NCBI RefSeq assembly: GCF_001194135.2
Contig: NC_068984.1
Location: forward strand, 104,227,187 to 104,291,186
DNA length: 64,000 nt
Origin: Octopus bimaculoides
Lineage: Eukaryota
Direction: 5' to 3'
The translations under genes and the position numbers were made by a program. The notes beneath the pieces are model-generated. The model ran no database searches, was not told the DNA's origin, and saw nothing but the letters and a program-made list of their open reading frames with translations. The stretch's first letter is position 1; each line of letters opens with the position of its first letter. Below are positions 40,701-54,588 of this stretch, in pieces.

Positions 40701-43700
40701 CGTATGCTTAATTCCAATTAAACAAAACATTTGAATTGACATCCCTGTTCAAATAATTTTGTGTTTTGCTCCTGTTCAACTACTAACATTTGCTTTGTTC
40801 CTGTGGAGTTTTTCTTTTTCATTTGCACAATTAATTTTTCTTAACATTTTCTTTTCTTTTATATTTTTACATTCAGTTAATTACAAATGTTTTATTTTTA
40901 CCCCTATAATTTCCTCAGGATTATTTTCAGTTTTAATGTTTATTTAATGTAGTGAGTACATATCCCTCTTTAAAAATAAGCCAAACAAATTTTAATTTAT
41001 CTTTTACAGTTTATTAATTTTCCAATTAAACATTTACATTCTTGATGCTCTTATCTAAAATTTTTGTTTGCTATGTAAAGAACAGTTGTTTACTTATATT
41101 TTGTGTATGCTACTTATAAAGCATGTACACATTTTTGAGAGAGTGTAGGTAGGTGACTTTTTTTTTTTAATATGCTAAATTGGGTTGAGTTCAGATCTAA
41201 TACTTGATTTCTTTTCTAAGATTTGAATTTATAGATTTAAAAAATAATTTCATCTGGGAACATTTTCCACAATCACACAGGGGAACAACTCTTCCTCTCT
41301 TTAGTCTATACTATTAGAGATAAGTGAAAACCTATTGCTAATATGTTTATGGAGTGACACCATAGCTATGTGGAGATCTTGGAATAGCCTTATGTTTTAA
41401 ATTAGATATTTCCTAATATTTTGTTTATTTAGAATATTAAATAAAGGTCAATGACAGTCAGTGAGTATACATTTGTATCAATCTTAAAGATAAAAAGTTA
41501 AAATTTGTTTGAACTAAAATAACCTGAATATTTTTATTTTCTTTCAGTGAAATGATTCGAGAATTGATGGATCCAATGTTTTTAGAACATGATGCTTAGT
41601 GAGTATTGTATCTTATTTTGGCATTTCTGTTGATTTAAGAATAACAACTCCTTAATTTTAACATCATTTTTTTTTATCATGTTACAATGGTACACATGTT
41701 TAAATAGCTTAATGGATAAGTTATGTTGACTTTCAGTTCATAGGCCTTCATTTCATCATATCCACTGTGTGAATTTCATTGTGTAACCTTGTTTTCAATG
41801 ACAAATGTCAGATCTTGTAGAATATTGTCTCAAGAACTGGTGGTCAAATTCAGAAGAAATATGATAGTGATTGTTATCCAAATTATTCAATTGATCTGAA
41901 TAAAATGGTAAAGGCTTTTTGTTGGATTCCATTATATCTACCATGGAAAGATAAAGGCAAAGTAATTTCTAAAGGAATTTCAAATTGGAATGAAATGCAA
42001 TTCCACTGCCTTGCATTCCTAAAATAATCATCAATTCACTTCTTGTTCCTTAATAATATTATTTTAAATATTTCTGTTCTTTAGTGCTATGTTCTGTCAG
42101 GTAATGGCAACAGTAGAACCTTGGTATACAACCAAAGATGCTCCAACACCTAAAGTAAGTTAAATTTATTTTTTCATTTTCATTTCATTTAGTTAATGGT
42201 CATTTATCTTTATGGGTAGCTTCATTTCTAGCTTTTAGTTTCACCTGCAGGTTTCCACTCTATTCCTTTAATCACTATCTGAATTTATTGACTACTTTTA
42301 AGATTATTTAAAATTTTCTTTTATTTTGGATTTCCTGGAAAATTCTAATATTTTAATGCTTTGATCTTTATCTGCATATCAACAATGCTGCATAGAGACT
42401 TTAGTTCAGTTTTGAGAGCAGCATGAAGAGGAGAAAGGACATTATGCAGAGAGGAGAACGGTTTGCAGTGGGGTGGAAAAGAAAATAAGTTACTCTGATT
42501 GTCACTACAGTATTTCTTGAGAAATCTAAAATAAGAGGGAAGATTTCAAGTTGAAATATCATTCTATTTTTTGTGAAGAAAAAGTTTAATAGAAAATATT
42601 TGTAATTTTTTTTGATTCCTTGCAGGGTAAAGATATTTTTAATGTGCAACCATTTGCTAGGCCTCAAGATTTGAATCCTTCCAATGTCATAATTACCAAA
42701 CTTACTCGAATTCAAGATTATATCTTAAAAAAATATGACGTGGAGTTACATTTACATCTTGAACGACTGGAAATAGTCCCACAAATTTATGGAATGTAAG
42801 TTTTGAACCATTCTCTTTATATATAATTGCTATGTTGATGATATATGATATACAGGGATAGTTGATTTATAGGGAAACAAATTGTTACAGGATCTCATAC
42901 AGAGTTTTGAAAGATGTAACAAAGTGTATTTGCTAACTGTTGTATACTAATCTTCTTAGAAGATAGAAGTAGCAGCTTTTATTTTTATTTATTTATTTAT
43001 TAAATATTTAATTAATCTGGTGTGTATGTGTGTGTGTGTATACACACACACACACAAACATCTTGTGGGTGAATTTGGTTGATGGAAACAAGAAAACCTG
43101 CTGGATGTGTCTGTGTGAATGTTTACATTCTGCATTTTGGATGAAAAGTGCTGAGGGTGATGTTTATTAAACTCTCTATCAACAAATTGTCCACAGTTCC
43201 TGCACTTTCAAAGACAAGTGGAATGAAAAATTCACTATGTTAGGCTTTGAATTTATATGTATTCATTTGACAAGGTAGTTTCCATTAGTTTCTGTTACTT
43301 GAATTGGAATCTACCAAGTTAGGAAATAATAACAGGTAAAACAGATAAGCAATTAATCCACACTTAGTAATACTCATCTTCATTATCATCATTTTAATGT
43401 CCACTGTTCCACACTTGTCTGGGGTCAAACAAAATTTGTTGAGGCAGATTTTCTATAGCCCAATGCTCTTGTTGTTGCCAGTCCTTACCTATTTTGAATT
43501 GGGTAATATTTTCCTTAGTCTTTTCAACATAACCAGCACAATGGCTGGACACAATTTCGAAGAAGACTATAAACAAACATCACTTGTAGGACAGTAATGC
43601 CTATTTACAAGTAGCACACAATATCAAATAAGGACATACAAACACCTGGCCTCTCCTGCATATATGACAAACTTCTTTCAGTTTCTATATACCAAATTCA

Positions 43701-46700
43701 CTCACAAGACTTTGATTGATTTGGAGCGTTAGTGGAAGTCAGTTGTTAAAGGTGCCATGCAATGGTACTGAAATTGAAGCCATGTGGTTGGGGAGTGAAA
43801 TTCTTTACTGCACATTTTTTTTTTTCTTCAAATAATTCTTTTTGTAAGATAGAATTCTAATCTTAGAAGCCATATGGTTTGTATCAATTTCTGAAAATCG
43901 ATTCATTGATACAGTTTCACATTTTAAAAGGATTTTAGTTTCAATTTCATCCCATGATTTTGTATCTTTCAGTCGCTGGGTGAGACTTCTATTTGGCAGA
44001 GAGTTTCCAATGCAAGATCTATTAATGCTGTGGGATGCCATTTTTTCTGATGGAATTGGCTTTGATCTAGTTGATTATGTATTTGTCAGCATGTTGCTAT
44101 ACGTACGTGATCTATGTAAGTCTATTTCTTCTTCTTTCAATCAGAATAATTATGAAATGGCATGTATCAATAATAGCCTGTAAATATTGGGTTGAAAATC
44201 TTTTTTGGATTGAAAAAATTGTAGGCTACTTGTGGGACTTGAACCATGTTAGAATGCCTGTCATGTTTACAACTGTCGGTTTGAGCAGCCTTCAATTTTT
44301 CACATCCAAAAAGGATTTTCAACACAACATTTACATGCTATTTATTTATAGCTTTGTGTGTGTGCTTTGAGATATTCCAAAAAAGAATTCATGTTCTCTT
44401 GAAAGTTTATAAAATTCTTATGAATGCAACTGTGTGTGTGTGTGTGTGCACATACGTGCTCATATTTGTATTTAATTAGTAGATGCGTAATCAATCATTA
44501 TGTAACTGATGTTTGTTTCACCATGATTTGGCTCTTCAAGTATTACTTTATTATTTTATATTCCATTTATTTATGTTGCCACTTTAAAACACAAACGAAA
44601 GTCATATTTTTTCACTAATTTTGAATTGCACTATATGCTTCATTGCCAGTTATATTAGTGTTATTATTGTATCATCATCATCATCATCATCGTTTAACGT
44701 CCGCTTTCCATGCTAGCATGGGTTGGACGACTTGACTGAGGATTGGTGAAACCGGATGGCAACACCAGGCTCCAATCTAAATTTGGCAGAGTTTCTACAG
44801 CTGGATGCCCTTCCTAATGCCAACCACTGTGTTATTTCTACGTGTGTGATTAAGCATGTGCACAACATTATAAACACAGAAATTATAACACTAACATAAC
44901 AAGCAATGAAAACATTATGCAATTCAAAAATAGAGAAAACAACCTCCTTTATTTTCATTTGTATTTTTAAAAAGCAACTTAAATGGATTACAAAGTAATA
45001 TCTGTAGAGTCGAATCACAAGGAAACCAATGGTAGTAATGTAGTAATCAACTGTCCAGTGTGTATATGTGTGTACATACACACACACACACACACACACA
45101 CATATAATTAATCCAAAAAAACAATACGTTTCAAGCAAAGCTCTTCTTCAGAAACAGGAGACAGTAAAGTCTAAGAGAAAAGGAAAACGGAGGAAAAGCA
45201 CACACACATACACACAGATATATTTATACATACTGCTCCTTATTATTATAGCTTATGATAAAAAATGTTCATTTTCCTAAATAATTGTAGTACTGACCAG
45301 TGATTATCCAAACTGTATGAACACTTTAATGCGATACCCTCCTGTTGGTGATGTACATTATTTTGTTGACAAGGCCCTTTATCTGCGAGAACCAAATGTA
45401 AGTATTTGAAACCTTTATTTTCATAATTTTCTTTAGAATGTCATTGTTTAACATCCACTTTTCCATACTTGCACATGTCAGATGGAAATCATCGAAGCAG
45501 ATGTCTTTTCTGTTGTCAACCCCTACCTGTTTTCAAGCAAGATAATATTTCTCTTTGATCTGACATGTTTTTTACAGAAGATTGAAAACATCACTTCTAT
45601 AATAGTGATGATTGTTCACAAGCATCGTGTAATGTCAAGACAAGGGTACACCTATGCAAACACATGCATACATAATAGACTCCCTTCAGTTTTTGTTTAG
45701 CATTTATAAGATTTGGTCAGTCTGGGACTATAATAGAATACACTTTTCCAAGGTTCAATGGGTCTGAACTTGAAACCACATGGTTGGGAAGCTTACTATA
45801 TAAAACAGTAAAAAATACCAGTAATGAAAGTTTTTATTAGACCAAAAACATTTATCTAGTTTTGTTATTCTTGATATAAAATGAATGTTGTTACTCAGCA
45901 TGACCTGATTGGAAAGTGGTTCTGATAGAAATTTTGTGAATCAGTTTTATTTATAACCAAATTATATATACCTACATATATGTATGTGTGTGGCATAACT
46001 ATATGGTTTGCTTTTATATTGTACAATATCAGTGAAACCCAGATTATGAACATCTAAGATTTAATGTTTCTCTAGAAATAGTAATACTCTTTGGTATATC
46101 TACCCTGTTGATCTTTTCAAACAAAATTCAAGACTAGAGTGAAAAGCCCCACTTTAGTCTTTTCTAATTTTATGTGGTTGTCTAGTGGAATGTTGTGAAA
46201 GTTGTGATGATTTAGTCATGTCCAGCATATGAATGAGTAGAGGTAGTCAAAGATGGCACTCAATATGTCCAAAGGACATTTATATATTCACACACTCAGC
46301 TGTAATTGAAAGGGGCCAGCCTTGTCACATTCTGTGTGAGGCTGGATTTCCCTGAGAATTATGTTAATGGTATGCCTGTCTGTGGAGTACTCATCCACTT
46401 GTGAGTTAATTTTTCAAGCAGACTGTTCCCTTGATCAGATAAACAGGAACCTCGTTGTCGTAACTGACGGAGCGCCATCTTTTAAAAAGAGTGAAAGAAA
46501 AGGAAATGTTCCATATCATAAGGCAAGAATGTCGTGTTTAGTATAAGCAGTGAAAGCTAAGATGAAATAATTGCTATTCTGTCATGTAGTGACTTCACCT
46601 TCGACTCATGCTCAATTTAATAAACAGCCTGTGCATCTGTGTTTATCTGGAGGCTTGACTTCCAGATCTGTGAGACTCACAAATGCTGCTGTCAGGACCG

Positions 46701-49700
46701 GATTAACATCCATAGTGACCCTAATGACTAAAATGATTTTCCTGCCCCTATATTGAATCTTTTTTCATTTTCTTCCAACCACTTGAAGGTTTATCTTGCT
46801 CTAGTCCACTCATTTGGTCAAAATGAGTTGTAGCTGTAATTCAAAGGATCCAGCCTTATCACATTTTGTGTGAGGCTGAGTCTTGCCGAGAACTATGTTA
46901 ATGGTATGCATGTCTGTGGAGTACTCAATCACTTGTGCATTAATTTTATCCTGTATTTTGACCCCAGTATTTCACTGGTATTAAATTTATCCTGAAAGGA
47001 TGAAAGGCAATGTTGACCTCGGTGAAATTTGAACTCAGAACGTAGTGGCAGATGAAGTACCATTAAGTATTTCATCCAGCATGTTAATGATTCTGCCAGC
47101 TTGCCACCTTACATATTCAATTAATAATAAATTAATGGTAATCAGTTTGGTCTATTTGAAAGTCATGCAGTTAAGTAACAGTAGACTGCACTAACTTTTA
47201 GTCTTTCATGGAAAAACAAATGCTTAAATCTGATATAATGGTCAAAATTATTTTAAAAACTATTTTATGCAGCAATATCCTAAACCACCAGCTTACAGTT
47301 ACCAAACGGTCAACCAAGCCCAGCCTAGCAGAAATAAAGGTATGTTAAGAAACATAGTTTATGAAACTTTTGTTTTTAAATTTTCTATTGTATATAATCA
47401 GGTTTCTTTTTGTGATGTGTTAAAAAGCAAGCAAAAAGAAAAAAAAGTTTTTTTCATGTACACACACAGCTTTTCTCTATTGACTTAATTCAAAATATGT
47501 TTTATTTTAAAATTGGTTTATGTATACTTAGCAATGAATTTTTATACTTTTATTTGTTAAGTACCTTGAAAATACACAATCTGTAGAAATGTGTATCACC
47601 ACAAAATGATCTGAGAATCTGTTTATGATCCACAAATAATATGTATACAATGTTGAATAGAATTAGATAGTGACTACAATTTAGTAATTGACTTTGTTTT
47701 GCAGTTTTTTTTTAATGAAATGACTTTTGGCATAAACTGTCTTTATTTTCTTAATGATAACTGTCAATATTTACATAAAAATATGTCTATTTGAATTGAA
47801 AGCTACTACTAGTAACTAAGTGTTAATACTTAATCTTAGATTTGCTTAGCTATATCTGATTTTAAAGATGAATTTATTGAAAGGTTATGGATTCTGTTTA
47901 GATTATAATATTGTTTACAGTTTTTAGTTTCATCTGTTTTCAACAAAGTCCGTGAGTCAGTTAACCAGTCAACTTCAAATGGAAAAGTTGTTACATTCTT
48001 GGAGATTGGAACTTTTAAGTGATAAAACTTGAAACTTGTCATTCTAAAAAAATAAATCTATAGTTTTGGAAATTAATTTTTTTCTTGGCATTAATGTTAT
48101 AACCTAAAGTTTTTTAAGAAAAAAAAGTTATAGTTTTGTTTTATTAATTGTTCTGCTTGCATGTTCTTCAACTAATCTCCTGCTAACTTGCTTTCTAGTC
48201 ATCATCCTTATGTTGCTAGATCCTCACATCTGTGAGGATACATTGTCTAGTAGTTAGCACTCATGATCGCAAAATCATGGTTTCAATTCCTAGACTGGGT
48301 GGTGCATTGTGTTCTTGAGCAAAAACACTTCATCTCACATTACTCTGCAATCACTTTGGCACCTGACATGTGGTACACTGTGCACCTGTTCAGGCAACAC
48401 CGATTTGATGGAGGGAGTGAGCTAATGTACGGCACATTTTTTATCACTATAAACAAATCATTTGTTGAATATTTATGTCATCTTCGACATGAGTGTCTAT
48501 CGTGTTACTAGATGCTCTTGATGAGGTTTTTAATTCCTGGGTGAAATTAAAAAGCTGCCTAGTAATTTGTTGATGTCTCTCTTGCACATGTTTTGTAAAT
48601 TTAAGAAGTTCTTTCAGTATCTACTTTTCCTATTAGGGACCTCAATACTAAGAACAAGTTACTGATTGACCATCAGTTATTGGTTAATCTGATTATTCTA
48701 AAAGCATCATCATTTGTGCTCTTCATTAAAGTAACATTTTCCCTAACTTTGCGTGGATTAATGGGCCACTTTCTTAAAATATGCAGTTTTCGTGATACAG
48801 TAAACCATCTTACAATTCATATGTCAGTACTTTATAGTGTTATCTAGTTTAAATTGTTAGAATAGCAAACACAATTGTTAAAAAAAATAAAAAAGCTGTA
48901 TTGAGAAATAATTGTAAATCATTTTATGAGCCTATTCCTAATGAAATGTACAACTTTCTATTCATGTTAAAAATAATCAAGAATTTTGACAGGTTCAGGA
49001 AGTGATGTTTTTCATTATTAAGCTGTGTATTTGGTGAATAAATGGATCTTTTATAAAATTATGGTAGAAGATTTTAATTTAAATATAAATATTTTAAATT
49101 GGAAGATTTTGTATCTTAGAACCAGAGTTCTCAAAACATATCTCAAAAAGGTCTGAATAGGACAACATGAGATTGATTTCAAACTTTGGTACAAGGCCAC
49201 CAATTTCTGGTTGGTGGATATGTTAATTACATCAATGCCAGTGCTCAGCTGGTACTTATTTTATTGATCCTGAAAGGGTGAAAGGCAAAGCTGACCTTAA
49301 TGGAATTGGAACTTAGAACATAAAAACGGACAAGATGTTGTTAAGCATTTTGCCCAGTCTGCTAGCGATTCTGCCAGCTTGCCACCTTAACAAAAGATTG
49401 TATATTTCCACAGAAACTGGTCAAGACAAAAATTAAGGACACATTTCTAGATCTAATTAGTCTCTTTAGTGTATTGTTTTTCTTTTTAATCTTATGGAAA
49501 TACCACAAATATGTAACTTGTTAGTATATATTTTTATGCCAATATCAGGTTATGATGTAAGATTATTCTAAGAAAATGGTCTTTGATGAATATTTTTGGC
49601 AATAATTTCAGAAATAGATAAGAAATATTTTAAAGTATTATCTGAAACTAATTATTTCATCTGACTCAGCACGTAATGATTATTTTGTTGGAGAATCAGT

Positions 49701-52700
49701 TTCAGCATATTGTTGGTAATTATTTTATTCATATTCCTAATTTTCAAATAACATTGGAAATGTTGTTTAATCTCTATGTCTGCAGCTTCATAATTAGTTG
49801 ACTTCCATGAATCTTTTTGAAAAGCAATTATTTTCATTCTTAACACTAACTGCTTACATTGTAATTTTCCTCAATATATTTAACCTTAATTTTAAAATAG
49901 TTACAAAAGGTTTAACCTACTAACCCTAGGTGTACAAAATGTCTGTCTTTATAGAAATTAGACTTATTCTAATATTGGGGACTTGTCGTAATCTGTACAG
50001 AAACTGGAGCCTTGTCTGAAGTTTGAGAGATTTCACATTATGCTATAGAACCAAGACAATATTTGCTTGTATTGAAAATATAACAAATCCTAACAACCAT
50101 TTTGCATAAATTGTTAATAACACAAAGCTTTCTTTTTTTTCTTAAAACAAAACCTATTAACATTTCTTTCCTGATCTGCTTTAACTATTTGCACTAACAA
50201 CACTTGACTGCAGTTTCTACCAACAACAATGCTTCAGCTAACAAATCTCGCAGCTCTGTGATGACTGGCTTTTCTTCCTTGACTCGTAAGATCAATAACC
50301 GTCCACGAACTCTCTCTGTAAGAAATAGTCCAAAAAAAATGACCAAATCGTCCAGTGAGCCAATGAATCTTCAAACTGACATATCTCCAGGTAAATTTGC
50401 TATCTCTTGCAGTGCTACCATATTCCATGTGCTTTCAAATGCAATTAGAAAAGAAAATGTTCGTTGATTCGTTCATGTTTATGTTGGTTTTATTTTGTAT
50501 GTTTTATTTTGTATGTTTTATTTCAGATGCTATTTACAAAAGAGATTCTGTGATTAGAAGGCTAGTTAATAAAGGATTTTGGTTTCTGGATTTGTCATTT
50601 GTTGATGCCTCTGTTACAAATGTTTGGTAAATCCTAGAAGTTCCTTTCAATAGCTTCTCTTGGTGGTATGGATCTCAGTTTTGGCAAGTGTAGAAGTACC
50701 AGTTATTGTTTGAGAACATTTGCCATCATTTACCTCCGGTTATTGGTTAATAAACATCTACATGAGTACATTAAATATCTTAGAAAGTCTAACACTGAAT
50801 CCTGCAGCTTGGTTAAGATATGAAGATGATATCTTTGTACTCTGGTTACACTATGATGATGTCCAAGTTCTTGCAGACCACTTAAATTCGCATCTATCTA
50901 TAATAGACAATATTACCATCTGTGGTACCAATCGCACAGAACATGACAAGAATTTAGAAAATTTCCTTGCTGTTGCTAAGAAGTATGGACTTACCTTTAA
51001 TGAAAGTAAAAGCATCATTGCTACTGATTGGATAACTCTGTTGGGGTATGAGATTTCTAAGGGTAACATCAAACCAGATCCAGAAAGATTAAGACCCCTT
51101 GTAGATTTTCCACCCTCAACAGATATGAAAGCTCAAAAGCAAGTTGTGGGAATGTTTGCTTATTACTCTCCTTGGATCTTTCATTTTTCCAACAGAATTC
51201 ATCCACTCGTTCATCACACAACATTCTCCCCCACTAGATTTCCCCTTCCTGAGAGAGCCAAACAAAGCTTTGAAAACCTGAAGAAGGAACTTGAGCACTC
51301 CGTCATAACTACAGTGAAGCCTGACTTTCCATTAGTGGTTGAAACAGATGCTTCCGCCATCGCCATTGCTGCAACTCTAAACCAAGAAGGTCGTCCAGTA
51401 ACTTTCTTCTCAAGGGCTCTAACTCCCAGTGAGCAACATCACTCTGCCGTTGAGAAGGAAGCTTATGCTATTGTGGAAGCAACAAGGAAATGGAGACACT
51501 TCCTATTGGGAAACCATTTCAAACTTATCACTGACCAGAAATCAGTTGCCTTCATCTATGACACCCATCAAAAGGGTAAAGTCAAAAATGACAAAATACA
51601 AAGGTGGAAGATAGAACTCTCCTGTTTTAGCTATGAAACTGTTTACCGACCTGGGACAGATAACAAGGGATCCGACTGTTTGTCTCGTACTTATTGTGCA
51701 GCATCATTATCGGTAGATCTGAAAAGCTTACATGAAACATTGTCATCCAGGTGTTATGAGAATGTTTCATTTTGTCAAATGAAAAAGGCTCCCGTTTTCA
51801 CTGGAAGATGTTAAGATGATGACATCTAATTGTAAAGTCTGTGCTGAACTAAAACCAGCATTTTTTCAAGCCTCCCCAATCTCATCTGCTCAAGGCTACT
51901 CAACTGTTTGAGAGACTCAGTCTGGATTTCAAGGGTCCTCTACCATCAGTGACACTTGACAAATACCTGCTAACTATTGTTGACGAATACTCACATTTCC
52001 CATTTGCATTTGCCTGTGCTGATACTTCTGCTTCTACTGTCATTTGTTGCCTCTCTCAACTGTTTGCTATTTTTGGAATGCCATCATACATCCACAGTGA
52101 TAGAGGACCTGCATTTATGTCAGAGGAATTGAGATCTTTCCTACTACAGAAAGGAGTAGCAACAAGTTGCACAACTCCATACAATCTTCATTGCAACGGT
52201 CAGGTGGAGAGACTGAATGGTACGCTTTGGAAAGCCATTAACCTATCCCTCAAATCCCGTGCTTTGCCAATCAGTCATTGGGAGCAAGTACTTACAGACG
52301 CTCTGCACTCTATCAGATCGCTGCTCTGCACAGCTACAAATGAAACACCACACGAATACCTATTTTCCTACAACCACAAATCTACAATGAGAACAACACT
52401 GCCCAACTGGCTTCTGACTCCCGGACCTGTGTACTTGAAAAGGAATGTCAGATCATCCAAGTATGACCCCGCTGGTTGATGAAATAGAACTTTTAGACTG
52501 TAACCCTCAATATGCACATGTATGTTTATCTGATGGATGGGAGACGAGTGTCTCACTGAGACAGCTGGCTCTAATCCCCGAGACTTTGATCGATCAACAA
52601 AACCATGAAGAGATTGTGCAAACTGACGAAACTCCTAACACATGTACTTTGAAACTACAAACTACGAAATCACCTGAAAGTAATGAAGTAAACATTGAAC

Positions 52701-54547
52701 ATACTTCCCAAGACACTCCAGAGACTGATAATATTAATCAGTGTTGAGTAGCAGGAACAAGAAACACCTCATGAACTGTATGTTCGGAAAAGAGAATTTA
52801 TCAGTTACTTCAGAACCAGAGCGTATAATCTACGCAAGTAGAGAAATTTGAAACATTCTGTGCCTATCCATTCAACCTCTGGACTTCTGTTTTCTAGTGG
52901 GGAAGAATGTTGTGAGAATGCAAGAACTGTGTGTATGCATGTTTATGTTGTTTGCGTATACATGTTTATACGAAAATATACATGCTGTTCATGTATGTAT
53001 TTTTTATATGTAACTATTTTGGCTAGCTTTCATTACCAAACTGCATCATGTCGTTGTCATTAACTCATTCTCAACTCGTTGGCGAAAATTATTATTTGTC
53101 TACTGTATCTGTCAAAGAAGTTGAATAAAGCTTTATTTCCAATACGGCAATTCTGTTCTCCTCACAAATGCTCGTCAGTCTGAAATTGTCCGTTCTGTAC
53201 TCTGGTATTTACATTTCAATACTAGCACTTTCAAGTAGCCTAAATCCTAAACTAGAAGCAGCAAACATTATAAGTAATGCTTCTTTGATCTCTATAAGTT
53301 TCTACTATGGTCTCCATAAATTTCATTCCATAGCAACAATATAGGATTTCCTTTTCATGTTGCATATATTCAGCCATTCCTGACTTATACTTTTTCCTTT
53401 TTAAGGCTTTTTGGAGTTCAATTATTCTGACTTTTAGGGACTTCCCAGTTTCTCCTAAGACCTGCAAATACATGATATGTTACAGATGTAGTCTTTATGT
53501 ACTAGAATCAAAGTAAAGCTAATACATATGTATAACCTTCCAGAAATACATAAACCTGAAGCCTGCCTAAGACCTAACTTCAGATGCAGAGACTTAATAT
53601 GCAATCTTTTTTTAGCCCCGAGTTTAGAAGTAAAGGTTCTTGTGTCCAGTACAGTCTGGTGCAATGTACAAATCCAGGAACAAGACACTTCATGACAATT
53701 GCAGATCAGGCTAATTGAAACAGTGTATATGTATATATTGTTTCTTCTCTAAACATGTAGTTCATAGTTGTAAAATTTATAATATTGATTATAGTGTGTA
53801 CTGCTCCACTGCCTCTGTCATATACGAAACTTACTTCATATGAAATTTTATAATGGTATAAGCTCATCATATTGACCTGGCTGTTTCTCACAGCACTATC
53901 TTAACCACTTCTATCTGAGTGTGATTTACTGTGAAATATATATTGTTATAAGTTGTTGTAATGACTTCTTCATTTCAGTTACCCCTCCTTGTCAAGAGAA
54001 GAGAGGATCAACTGCAAGCCTGTCCAAAGTAGAGGATACAATGCTGCGATCAACCCCTTCAGCATCAAGCTTAATGCCTCGTTCTGTGGCTTCTACTCCT
54101 GCTGGTTATAGTCCAGATGATAGTCATACTAGTAGTCCAACACGTTATGCTTCCTTGCCTTCAAAGGGACGAATGAAATCAAAGAGAGCCACAAGACATG
54201 TAATATTTCTAATTTTTTTTTTTTATTCATTTCTATTTTCTGCTGTTTTTATTACTCAACAGTTTGGAGCAAGTTTGAGAAAAATGGCTTTTGAACAGTC
54301 ACTGAGAAGCAAATGACATAAAAATAATTCAGATCCATGAGGGTTTATCAAAGCAGTTATTCATTTTAGTGTCTGTGTTGGATGGATAAAGGTTCAGGAG
54401 TGGCTGTGTGATAAGTAGCTTGCTTTCCAACCACATGGTTCCAGGTTCAGTCCCACTGCAAGGCACCTTGGGCAAGTGTCTTCTAATATAGCCTCAGGCT
54501 GACCAAAGCTTTGTGAGTGGATTTGGTAGACGGAAACTGAAAGAAGC

Positions 54548-54588
<41 letters not shown>

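Noticed and set aside
50527-50626. Exon-like segment with good acceptor and gtaaat donor
   Set aside because: 100 nt would shift the frame and there is no TBC1D5 homology.
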